NCBI GenBank assembly: GCA_041690135.1
Contig: JAWLHY010000002.1
Location: forward strand, 448,001 to 512,000
Direction: 5' to 3'
DNA: 64,000 nt
Source: Armatimonadota bacterium
GTDB taxonomy: Bacteria > Armatimonadota > SYMT01
The notes beneath the pieces are model-generated. The model saw nothing but the letters and a program-made list of their open reading frames with translations. It was not told the DNA's origin and did no database searches. Of this stretch, positions 37,450 through 45,188 are shown piece by piece. The position numbers and the translations under genes are program-made. Position 1 is the stretch's first letter. The number at the start of each line of letters is the position of its first letter.

Positions 37450-37925
37450 CCTGAACGTTCACCCCCACCGGAGGGCCTACATACCCAATGCCCGCATGTT
37501 TACCCCCACAGGGGGGCCGAACGCCTGCATGCCAAAGGCCTGACTACCTGAACACCTAACTGATGTTATTGGTAAATTCGATCGCGGGCAGTTGGACTGC
37601 CCGCGAAATTCTTCGTCCGCAGTTGCACTGCGGAAGCCTGTGGTCTCGCTGTCGTCGCGGCTTACCCGCATCGCCAATGCCGGCACCGGGTCGGGAGCGA
37701 CGCAGTGCAACTGCGCACGAAGTGTTCCGGCTGCAGTGCAACTGCAGCCGATCCTGGTGACGATCATGTTCAGGAGCTGGTTGCCTGAATGCCTGAACAC
37801 CCAACGTTTACCCCCCATAGGGGGGCCTGGACGCTTAGCCCCACAGGGAGCCCAACGTTTACCACCCGAGGGGTGGCCGAACACCTGAATACCGACCACC
37901 TGAACACCGAACACCTGAACACCTA
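37450..37925. repeat. Composite repeat region: CCTGAACA octamers, five ~24-bp AACGTTTACCCCCACAGGGGGGCC-like units, and an inverted pair of double-hairpin units
   Basis: Hairpins at 37582-37606, 37616-37634, 37701-37715, 37728-37750; octamers near 37540-37560, 37784-37800 and 37880-37925. Confidence 0.85.
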
Positions 37926-39281
37926 ATCCTTCCCCTTGAGACTCGCTATCGGGGTCAGCTCGTAGGCTACCCGGGCGAGCCCGGCCGCCACGACGGAATC
38001 GATCACCTGCGAGGAGTCCTTGTAGCAGCCCGGCGACTCGTCTATCGGCACGTCGCCGCCGGCGTTCACCAACACGTTCAACTCGCGCATCTGCTTGTTC
38101 ACGCCGTGCTGGCTGAAGTTGTCCTTCGCAGCCTTGCGGGAAAGGCGCCGGCCGCAGCCGTGGTTCACGCTGAACAGGCTCTGCTCCGCACCCGGCAGGG
38201 CGTACAGGATGTAGGAAGTGGTTCCCATGCTGCCGGGGATCAGGATCGGGTGGCCGGTCTCCTCCCAGCGGGTTCCCTGGAGCAGGGAGTGCCCCGGCGG
38301 GAGCGCGCGGGTAGCACCCTTCCGGTGGACCCAGCGGCACGAACCGTCCGGCTGCGGCTCCTCTTGCGCCAGGTTGTGGGAGATCTCGTACAGCAGCTCC
38401 GGCTCCTGCCCGAACACCCGGCGGAAAGCGCGCGAGACCTCCTCCATGATGATTAGGCGGTTGGCGATGGCGAAGTTCGCCCCTGCCGCCACGGCGTTCC
38501 GGTAGCCTTTCCAGTGCGGGTCGTCCGGCTCGAAGAACACGGCCTCCGCGGAGATCTTCTTCTCTCCCGTCTGGCGCTTCTTCGACATCAGGCGACGCCG
38601 GCCGATCTCGATAAAGTGGGAGGCCAGCCCGTGCCCAAAGCCCCGGCTGCCGGTGTGGATCATCACCACCAGCTTGCCGTGCTGGTCGTACTGCAGCTCG
38701 ATGAAGTGGTTTCCGCCGCCCAGGCTACCCAATTGACCGATGCCCCGGTTCTTCGGGTGATAGGGGATCTCCCAGTCATCGTCCACGGGCAGGTAGTCCC
38801 GCTCACTGTTGTTGCGGGAGTAGCCCATGGCCACCGCGCCTTCGCGGACGATCTCCTCGAACCGGTCCTCGGTCACGCGGTACCCGCTGCCTTTACCCGT
38901 GCCCATCCCTACCCGCGACATCACCTCTTCGGAAAACTTCCGGCGTAGGCGATCGTCGAGGCCCTTTTCCACCGGCACGTCCGAGAGCAGGGCGGCCATT
39001 CCGCACCCGATGTCGTAGCCCACGGGAGCCTGGCACAGAGTCCCCTCCGTGGCCATCACGCAGCCGACGGGCACCACGTAACCCGTATGCGCGTCCGGCG
39101 TGAGCACCACGTCCGTTACGCCCGGGAACTCCGTCGCGGTCTTCGCCTGCTGGAAGACCGCCTCCTCGCACTCCTCGAACAGCGTCGGGTTCATGAAGAT
39201 CTTGACGGGGACCTTTACCCCCTGCTGGAGCAGGTAGTAACCCTCGCCCTTGATCCGCTTGCATTCCTTCTTCAAACTCAT
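37923..39281 (-). CDS. rtcB: RtcB family RNA 3'-phosphate/5'-OH ligase
   Basis: PDAHTGY, VGYDIGCG, GSLGGGNHFIE, HTGSRGFGH, HRKGATR, IPGSMG, SVNHGCGR, DESPGCYKD. Confidence 0.93.
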   Translation of the reverse strand: MSLKKECKRIKGEGYYLLQQGVKVPVKIFMNPTLFEECEEAVFQQAKTATEFPGVTDVVLTPDAHTGYVVPVGCVMATEGTLCQAPVGYDIGCGMAALLSDVPVEKGLDDRLRRKFSEEVMSRVGMGTGKGSGYRVTEDRFEEIVREGAVAMGYSRNNSERDYLPVDDDWEIPYHPKNRGIGQLGSLGGGNHFIELQYDQHGKLVVMIHTGSRGFGHGLASHFIEIGRRRLMSKKRQTGEKKISAEAVFFEPDDPHWKGYRNAVAAGANFAIANRLIIMEEVSRAFRRVFGQEPELLYEISHNLAQEEPQPDGSCRWVHRKGATRALPPGHSLLQGTRWEETGHPILIPGSMGTTSYILYALPGAEQSLFSVNHGCGRRLSRKAAKDNFSQHGVNKQMRELNVLVNAGGDVPIDESPGCYKDSSQVIDSVVAAGLARVAYELTPIASLKGKD

Positions 39282-39725
39282 CGCTTGGTTTCCGCCCAGG
39301 TCCCATCCAGCGGCCCCGCTCGTACCGCCGACCGCCCCGTCCGCACACTATTCCGTTCCCCGCTCCCCCTTCTGCTAAATCGCTTCGCCCGAATCTGGAC
39401 GGGTGGGGGCAAGTGCGCGAGAGGGATTCGGACCTTTCGGGGTTGGGCGCGGGAAGTGGGGCCTCACGGTCATCCACCGGAAGGGGAACTCCGGCACCCA
39501 TGGCCGGCGGGGGGTGCCGGACGGGGGTGGTGTGCGCCGCCGGAGCAAATCCGGCGTAGGGAGAAGACGCCATGTGCGCGTGGAACGAGGCGCCTGAACG
39601 GATAGCGGAGCGATTGCGTGCGCGGAGATCAGGGAGATGCTGGCGCGGCCGCTCGCCGCAGAGGCGCCCGCTTGCCTTCCGAAAGAGCGTCACGGGAAAA
39701 CAACTCGCCGCGAACGCAACTCAGG

Positions 39726-39754
39726 TTGACGCGCCCTATCTGCCGACCTATACT
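39726..39754 (+). promoter_or_regulatory. Sigma70-like promoter of guaB
   Basis: TTGACG-17 nt-TATACT; SD AGGAGG before ATG 39804. Confidence 0.75.
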
Positions 39755-39803
39755 TCCTCAAATATCACGTAGCACCTGAGACGAGTGGTGCAGGAGGGCC
39801 CGC

Positions 39804-41324
39804 ATGAATACGCTGGTTGAAACCCAGCTCGACGGCCTCGACGCCGAATCGTTGTTTGACGCCGGTGTCGGCCTCACCTTTGACGACCTGATCATCCTGC
39901 CCGGTTATATCGACTTCCCCTATACGGATGTGCGCCTGGATACGCACCTCACGCGCAACATCCGCATCAAGCGCCCCCTCGTCAGTTCGCCGATGGACAC
40001 GGTCACCGAGACCTCCATGGCGATCACCCTTGCCCTCCTGGGCGGCATCGGCATTCTCCACTACAACAACACCGTCGAGCAGCAGGTGGAGATGGTCCGG
40101 AAAGTCAAGCGGTACGAAAACGGCTTCATCACCGACCCGGTAGCCTTGTCGCCGCAGCACCGCATTCGCCACGTGGATGAGATCAAGCAGCAGCACGGCT
40201 TCTCCGGGATTCCGATCACCGAAGACGGCACGCTGCAGAGCCGCCTGGTTGGGATCGTCACTAACCGCGACATTGACTTCGAGAAGGACCGCGAACGGCC
40301 CCTGAGTGAGGTGATGTCGACCGACCTGGTCACCGCGCCGAAGGGGATCACCCTCAGCCAGGCCAACCACATCCTCCGCTCCAAGAAGATCGGGAAGCTA
40401 CCCGTGGTGGACGATGAAGGCCGCCTGGTCGCCCTGGTGGCCCGGCGAGACCTGCTGAAGAACCTGAACTTCCCCGATTCCTCGAAAGACCAGCACAAGC
40501 AGCTCCTCTGCGGCGCCGCCGTCTCCACTCGCGACGAGGACCGGGAACGCGTGGACGCCCTGGTCGAAGCCGGCGTGAACGTGCTGGTGGTCGATGCGGC
40601 CCAGGGCCACTCCATCTACCAGCAGCGGATGCTCGGCTACATCAAGGGCCACTTCCCCCACGTGGATGTGATCGCGGGCAACGTGGTCACCCAGCAGCAA
40701 GCCGAAACGCTCATCCACAGCGGCGCCGACGCCCTCCGCATCGGCATGGGGCCGGGCTCCATCTGTATCACCCAGAACATGATGGCGTGCGGGCGCTCCC
40801 AGGCGACCGCCGTCTACAAGACGGCCGCGTTCGCCCGCCGCTACGGGATTCCGGTAATCGCGGACGGGGGCATCAACGGGATCGGCCCGATGGCCAAGGC
40901 GATCGCTCTCGGCGCTAATGCGGTGATGGTCGGCAACCTGCTGGCGGGTACCGCCGAGGCCCCCGGCGAGTACTTCTACGAGAACGGCGTGCGGGTGAAG
41001 CGCTACCGCGGCATGGCCAGCCTCGAAGCGATGGCAGCGGGCGGCGCCAAGCGGTACCTCACGGAGCGGACCGACCGCGTGAAAGTCCCGCAGGGGGTCT
41101 CCGGCACCGTGGTCGACAAGGGCTCCCTGGTCGATTACGTGCCTTACCTCATGAAGGGGCTCCAGCAGGCGCTCCAGGACATGGGCTTCCGGGACGTCCC
41201 CTCGCTGCACCACGCCCTGTGGGACGGCCGTCTCCGCCTGGAACGGCGCACCCCCAGTGCCACCGCCGAGGGAAGCGTCCACAGCCTGGTCAGCTACGAG
41301 ACTCCCCGCTTCGGCATTCGCTAA
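39804..41324 (+). CDS. guaB: IMP dehydrogenase with CBS pair (eukaryote-like sequence type)
   Basis: [20 protein letters not shown] (catalytic Cys), IADGGI, YRGMAS, QGVSG. Confidence 0.96.
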   Translation: MNTLVETQLDGLDAESLFDAGVGLTFDDLIILPGYIDFPYTDVRLDTHLTRNIRIKRPLVSSPMDTVTETSMAITLALLGGIGILHYNNTVEQQVEMVRKVKRYENGFITDPVALSPQHRIRHVDEIKQQHGFSGIPITEDGTLQSRLVGIVTNRDIDFEKDRERPLSEVMSTDLVTAPKGITLSQANHILRSKKIGKLPVVDDEGRLVALVARRDLLKNLNFPDSSKDQHKQLLCGAAVSTRDEDRERVDALVEAGVNVLVVDAAQGHSIYQQRMLGYIKGHFPHVDVIAGNVVTQQQAETLIHSGADALRIGMGPGSICITQNMMACGRSQATAVYKTAAFARRYGIPVIADGGINGIGPMAKAIALGANAVMVGNLLAGTAEAPGEYFYENGVRVKRYRGMASLEAMAAGGAKRYLTERTDRVKVPQGVSGTVVDKGSLVDYVPYLMKGLQQALQDMGFRDVPSLHHALWDGRLRLERRTPSATAEGSVHSLVSYETPRFGIR

Positions 41325-41504
41325 CGGGGTGCCCAACAGCACCCGAACGGGCCTCACCACAGAGACACGGAGACACGGAGTAGACCACGGAGAGGGAACG
41401 GGGAAAGGAAGGCAGGAAGGCCTCGCTACCCTGGGAATGATTGGCCACGGCCCACGCCTGAGGTGCCATTCGGCAAAACCTTCGGAGCCTGGCAGTTCAG
41501 GGGA

Positions 41505-41544
41505 AGACCGGACCTGGCGCTTGTGTGCGTCGGGTCCGGTTTTT
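41505..41544 (+). terminator. Intrinsic terminator downstream of guaB
   Basis: accggacctggcgc-ttgtgt-gcgtcgggtccggt followed by tttt. Confidence 0.7.
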
Positions 41545-41842
41545 CAATGCAGGTCGCACCCGCCCCTCTTGATCGTGCTTGGTTACCGGGTGCCGAGAGT
41601 GCGACGCCTACACTCCCTTCAAGTGCATCAACTTACCCCGATATGATCTCGGCGCCGCAGTTTGGGGTACAACAAGCACCCCGTGTTGAAGATGGATCGT
41701 CTTGGCGTCGGTGCTTCTGACGGTGATGCTCCTTACGCAAGGAGTCCCCCGTTTGGGGCCGGGGCATGCGCGTTAACTTTGTGGCTCTACAACCGCAGAT
41801 GCGTCGAACTCGATCTATATCTACTACCTCGGTTTGAGCGTC

Positions 41843-41889
41843 GGCTCCCCCTCTCTGCGTCGGAGAGGGGGCTGGGGGGTGAGGTTACT
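41843..41889. repeat. REP-like palindrome, near-identical to 31255-31300
   Basis: ggctccccctctctgcgtcggagagggggctggggggtgaggttact. Confidence 0.85.
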
Positions 41890-42019
41890 CTGTGCACCGG
41901 ACCCGCCAAGGTTTACGCACATGCCGTCCACCCTCCCGCTATCCACCTCATCCCTGCCTCACAGATGTAGGTCGTGATCCCCACTCTCCTAATCCCAATC
42001 CTAATCCGCGAAGCCCGGG

Positions 42020-42069
42020 AGTGAAATACGTCACAGGAGATTGCCCGGCCGCGCGCGTTAACTGATAAT
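42020..42069 (+). promoter_or_regulatory. CRP/FNR-like box adjacent to a sigma70-like promoter of the cyclase gene
   Basis: AGTGA-aatacg-TCACA (42020-42035), then TTGCCC-17 nt-GATAAT (42041-42069). Confidence 0.5.
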
Positions 42070-42078
42070 CACCGTAAG

Positions 42079-44004
42079 TTGCAACCCTGGGAAACGAGAC
42101 CGGCCGTGGAACCATCACCCTCTTCGACACCCGCCCGGCGACGCCTGGCCGCCATCGCCTTCATGGACGTGGTCGACTACACGAAGCGGGTCAGCCGCGA
42201 CGAGCTAGAGGGACTGGAGCGCCGCCGCCAGGTCGAGGACCTGGTGCGGTCCGCCGTGGCGGAGTATGACGGGCGCGTCGTCAAGACCCTGGGCGACGGC
42301 TTCATGCTGGAGTTCGCCAGCGCCGTGCAGGGGGTCCGCTGTGCGCTGGAGATCCAGGAGCGCGTCCGCGAGGTGAACCGGCAGTTGCCGGACCCGGCGG
42401 GGCTGCGGATGCGGATCGGGGTCCACGCTGGGGACGTGGTGGAGGACCGGGGCGACCTGTACGGTCACGCAGTGAACATCGCCTCCCGCCTGGAGAAGAT
42501 CGCCCAGCCCGGCGGCATCTGCATCAGCCGGGACGTGCATTCCCAGATCCGGGCGGCTCTTCCCATCGTTACCGTCCCCGTGGAGCCCGAGCGCCTCACC
42601 CGTCTCCCGGAGCCGCTGGAGGTGTTCGAAATCGAGCCGGTGGAGGGGAAAGAGCTACCGGCTACGGAGGAGCTTGCCTCCCTCGCTTCCCCGGCCCCAG
42701 TCGCGAAGCAGAAGGGGCGAAGCGACCGTGGCTGGCTGCGCCTGGCCGCCGGCTCCACGTCGCTCCTGGCCGCCGGCACCGGGGCCGGGTTGGGCTTTCT
42801 CCTCTTACGCGAAGTGAACCCCCCGGTGGCCCTCTTCACCTGGCTCTTCGCGGCCGAAGCGGCAAAGTCGGGGGTGCGGCAGGTCCAGCAAGCCTTCTGG
42901 GAGCGTCCGCAGGCGGCGGGGACAGAGGAGGAGAACGCAGCCGCCGAGGACACGGCGCTGGGCTGGCGCCGCCTGCTGTCCGGCGTGGTGCTGCTCCTGG
43001 CGGGCGGCGTGGCTGCCAGCCTGGGCGGGTGGCTCTTTCAGGATCAACAGTCCTTCACGATGCTCTCCTGGTTGTTCGGAGCCGGCACGGCGGTTAAGGG
43101 CCTCACCCTGGTGCGTGCCGCGCCCACCGGAGAAGTCGAGGAGGACGAGGAGGACGAGGTCGCCGAGACGGAGGCGGTGTCCGGGGCGCTGCGGCTGGAT
43201 GCGGAGCGGATCTCGCTGGCCGAGGCGCGGCGCGTGGGAGCCGAAACCCAACTGACGCTGCGGGAAGCGGCCTGGGTAGCGCTGATCGCCTTCGCAATTG
43301 CGGCGGCGCTGGGATTCGGGGGAACCGTGCCGCCCTGGACTGGCCTGCTCAATACCGTGCTCAAGCTGGTGAGCTGGGGCGGCGCCGGGCTAAGTGTCCT
43401 CATCGGTGGGTGGGCGCTTTACGATAGCGTCCAGAGCCACTTCCGTCTCGCGCCCCTGGACGCGGAGATCGTCGAGCAGTGCAAAGTTCTTGGAGAGACA
43501 CCGGAGACCGTGTCCGAACCGCTCGACCGTGCCCTGGGCGCCTACGGCCGGATCCGCCGGATGCTGGGGGAGGGGGTCTGGAAGGCGGCGAAGATGCCGG
43601 CCCGGAAGAACCACCAGGATGCGCGCCGGCAGTTGCTCACCATGCTGGAGCGCGCCGAGCAATTGCAACTCGTCCGGAAGACCCTGGAACAACTGCGCGA
43701 GCGCCATGCCGGTAGTGCCGAATACCGCCGGGTGGAGGCCCAGTACGACCGCCAGTGCCAGCGCCTGGCCGCCGCCGCTCTCCTCTTCGAGGAGCTGGAA
43801 GCCCGCATCGCTCGTGCCTACCTGGCCGTGACCACCCACCGCAGCCGTGCCGAAGCACCGGAGGCGGAGCCGCTGCGACAACTGCCGGTCGCCTTTGAAG
43901 CGCTTTCCGAGGTCCTCGAGACCCTGGACGACCCGGCCCTCCCGGAGATCGACCTGCCCCGCGCGGAGGAGCCCCAGATCATCCAGGCCGGCCGCAGGGG
44001 CTGA
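42079..44004 (+). CDS. Class III adenylate/guanylate cyclase domain protein with multiple TM helices and a C-terminal helical domain
   Basis: RRLAAIAFMDVVDYT, VKTLGDGFM, RIGVHAGDV, DLYGHAVNIASRLE; exact start uncertain. Confidence 0.85.
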   Translation: MQPWETRPAVEPSPSSTPARRRLAAIAFMDVVDYTKRVSRDELEGLERRRQVEDLVRSAVAEYDGRVVKTLGDGFMLEFASAVQGVRCALEIQERVREVNRQLPDPAGLRMRIGVHAGDVVEDRGDLYGHAVNIASRLEKIAQPGGICISRDVHSQIRAALPIVTVPVEPERLTRLPEPLEVFEIEPVEGKELPATEELASLASPAPVAKQKGRSDRGWLRLAAGSTSLLAAGTGAGLGFLLLREVNPPVALFTWLFAAEAAKSGVRQVQQAFWERPQAAGTEEENAAAEDTALGWRRLLSGVVLLLAGGVAASLGGWLFQDQQSFTMLSWLFGAGTAVKGLTLVRAAPTGEVEEDEEDEVAETEAVSGALRLDAERISLAEARRVGAETQLTLREAAWVALIAFAIAAALGFGGTVPPWTGLLNTVLKLVSWGGAGLSVLIGGWALYDSVQSHFRLAPLDAEIVEQCKVLGETPETVSEPLDRALGAYGRIRRMLGEGVWKAAKMPARKNHQDARRQLLTMLERAEQLQLVRKTLEQLRERHAGSAEYRRVEAQYDRQCQRLAAAALLFEELEARIARAYLAVTTHRSRAEAPEAEPLRQLPVAFEALSEVLETLDDPALPEIDLPRAEEPQIIQAGRRG

Positions 44005-44078
44005 CGGCAGGTTGCTGAAGCCGTGACCGCTCGTCCTGGCGTATGATATAGCTCGGGGGAGAAAGTCAGGAGGCAACG

Positions 44079-45188
44079 GTGAAGACGCGCGCAGCAGTTT
44101 TGTACGGCCGGAACGAGCCGTTCGTGGTGGAAGAGCTGGAGCTGGAGCCGCCGGGGCCGGGCGAGGTCCTGGTGGAGATGGCGGGGGGCGGGATCTGCCA
44201 CAGCGACTGGCACGTGGTCGAAGGGATCCTGCCCAAGCAGTTCCCCATCATCCTGGGGCACGAGGGCTCGGCACGGGTCCTGGAAGTCGGTCCCGGCGTG
44301 CGGCTGGTCCAGCCGGGAGATCCCGTGATCCTCTCCTGGATTCCGGACTGCGGCCACTGCCAGTACTGCACTGGCGGCCGGTCGAACCTCTGCGATGGGC
44401 GCGGCCCCTTTGTGGAAGGGACCCTGGAGGGCGGGGTCATCCGGTTCAAGAAAGATGGGATGCCGGTCCGCCACTTCAACGGGGTCTCCTCCTTCTCCCA
44501 GTACTCCGTGGTGCCGGAGCGCGGCTGCGTGCCGATCGACCCGCGGGTGCCGCTCGATAAGGCGGCCCTCATCGGCTGCGCCGTCAGCACGGGGGTGGGG
44601 GCCGTCCTGTTCACGGCGCGGGCCTGGCCAGGAGCGACCATTGCGGTCTTCGGGGCGGGAGGCGTCGGCCTCTGCGCCGTCCAGGGAGGGGAGATCGCCA
44701 ATGCCAGCCGGGTGATCGCGGTGGACGTGAACCCGCAGAAGCTGGAATACGCGGCGCAGTTCGGCGCGACGGACCTGGTCAACGCCCGCGAGGTCGACCC
44801 GGTCCAGGCGATCCTGGAATTAACGAAGGGCGAAGGGGTGGACATCGCCGTGGAGGCGGTCGGGCGTCCGGAGACCATCCGCCAGGCGTTCGAGTCGCTC
44901 CGCAAAGCGGGCACCGCGGTCGTGGTGGGGATCGCGCCGAAGGAAGACCTGATCTCCATTCCCCCGCAGCACCTCGTCTTCGGCGAGCGCCGGCTGGTGG
45001 GCAGCTTCTACGGCTCCACCCGCCCCCGCGCCGATTTCGCGAAGCTGGTCGATCTCTACCTCACCGGCAAGCTGAAGCTGGACCAGCTCGTTTCCCAGGA
45101 GTACCGCCTTGATGAGATCAACGAGGCGTTCCGGGCGCTGAACGCCGGCGAGCTGGCACGAGGGATCATCAACCGCTACACCGCCTGA
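44079..45188 (+). CDS. Zn-dependent medium-chain alcohol dehydrogenase (class III-like)
   Basis: GICHSD, GHEG, CGHCQYC..GRSNLC, GCAVSTG, GAGGVG. Confidence 0.92.
   Translation: MKTRAAVLYGRNEPFVVEELELEPPGPGEVLVEMAGGGICHSDWHVVEGILPKQFPIILGHEGSARVLEVGPGVRLVQPGDPVILSWIPDCGHCQYCTGGRSNLCDGRGPFVEGTLEGGVIRFKKDGMPVRHFNGVSSFSQYSVVPERGCVPIDPRVPLDKAALIGCAVSTGVGAVLFTARAWPGATIAVFGAGGVGLCAVQGGEIANASRVIAVDVNPQKLEYAAQFGATDLVNAREVDPVQAILELTKGEGVDIAVEAVGRPETIRQAFESLRKAGTAVVVGIAPKEDLISIPPQHLVFGERRLVGSFYGSTRPRADFAKLVDLYLTGKLKLDQLVSQEYRLDEINEAFRALNAGELARGIINRYTA

Noticed and set aside
37450-37925. Possible CRISPR array
   Set aside because: The units are degenerate, irregularly spaced and partly inverted, lack constant-length unique spacers, and no cas genes are present.
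39771-39792. Purine riboswitch in the guaB leader
   Set aside because: The leader is only about 45 nt with a single small hairpin (gcacc...ggtgc), too short for known purine aptamers.
41471-41500. c-di-GMP-I riboswitch suggested by GGCAAAACC
   Set aside because: It lacks the GAAA tetraloop stem and the GACGCAAAGC continuation of the GEMM motif.
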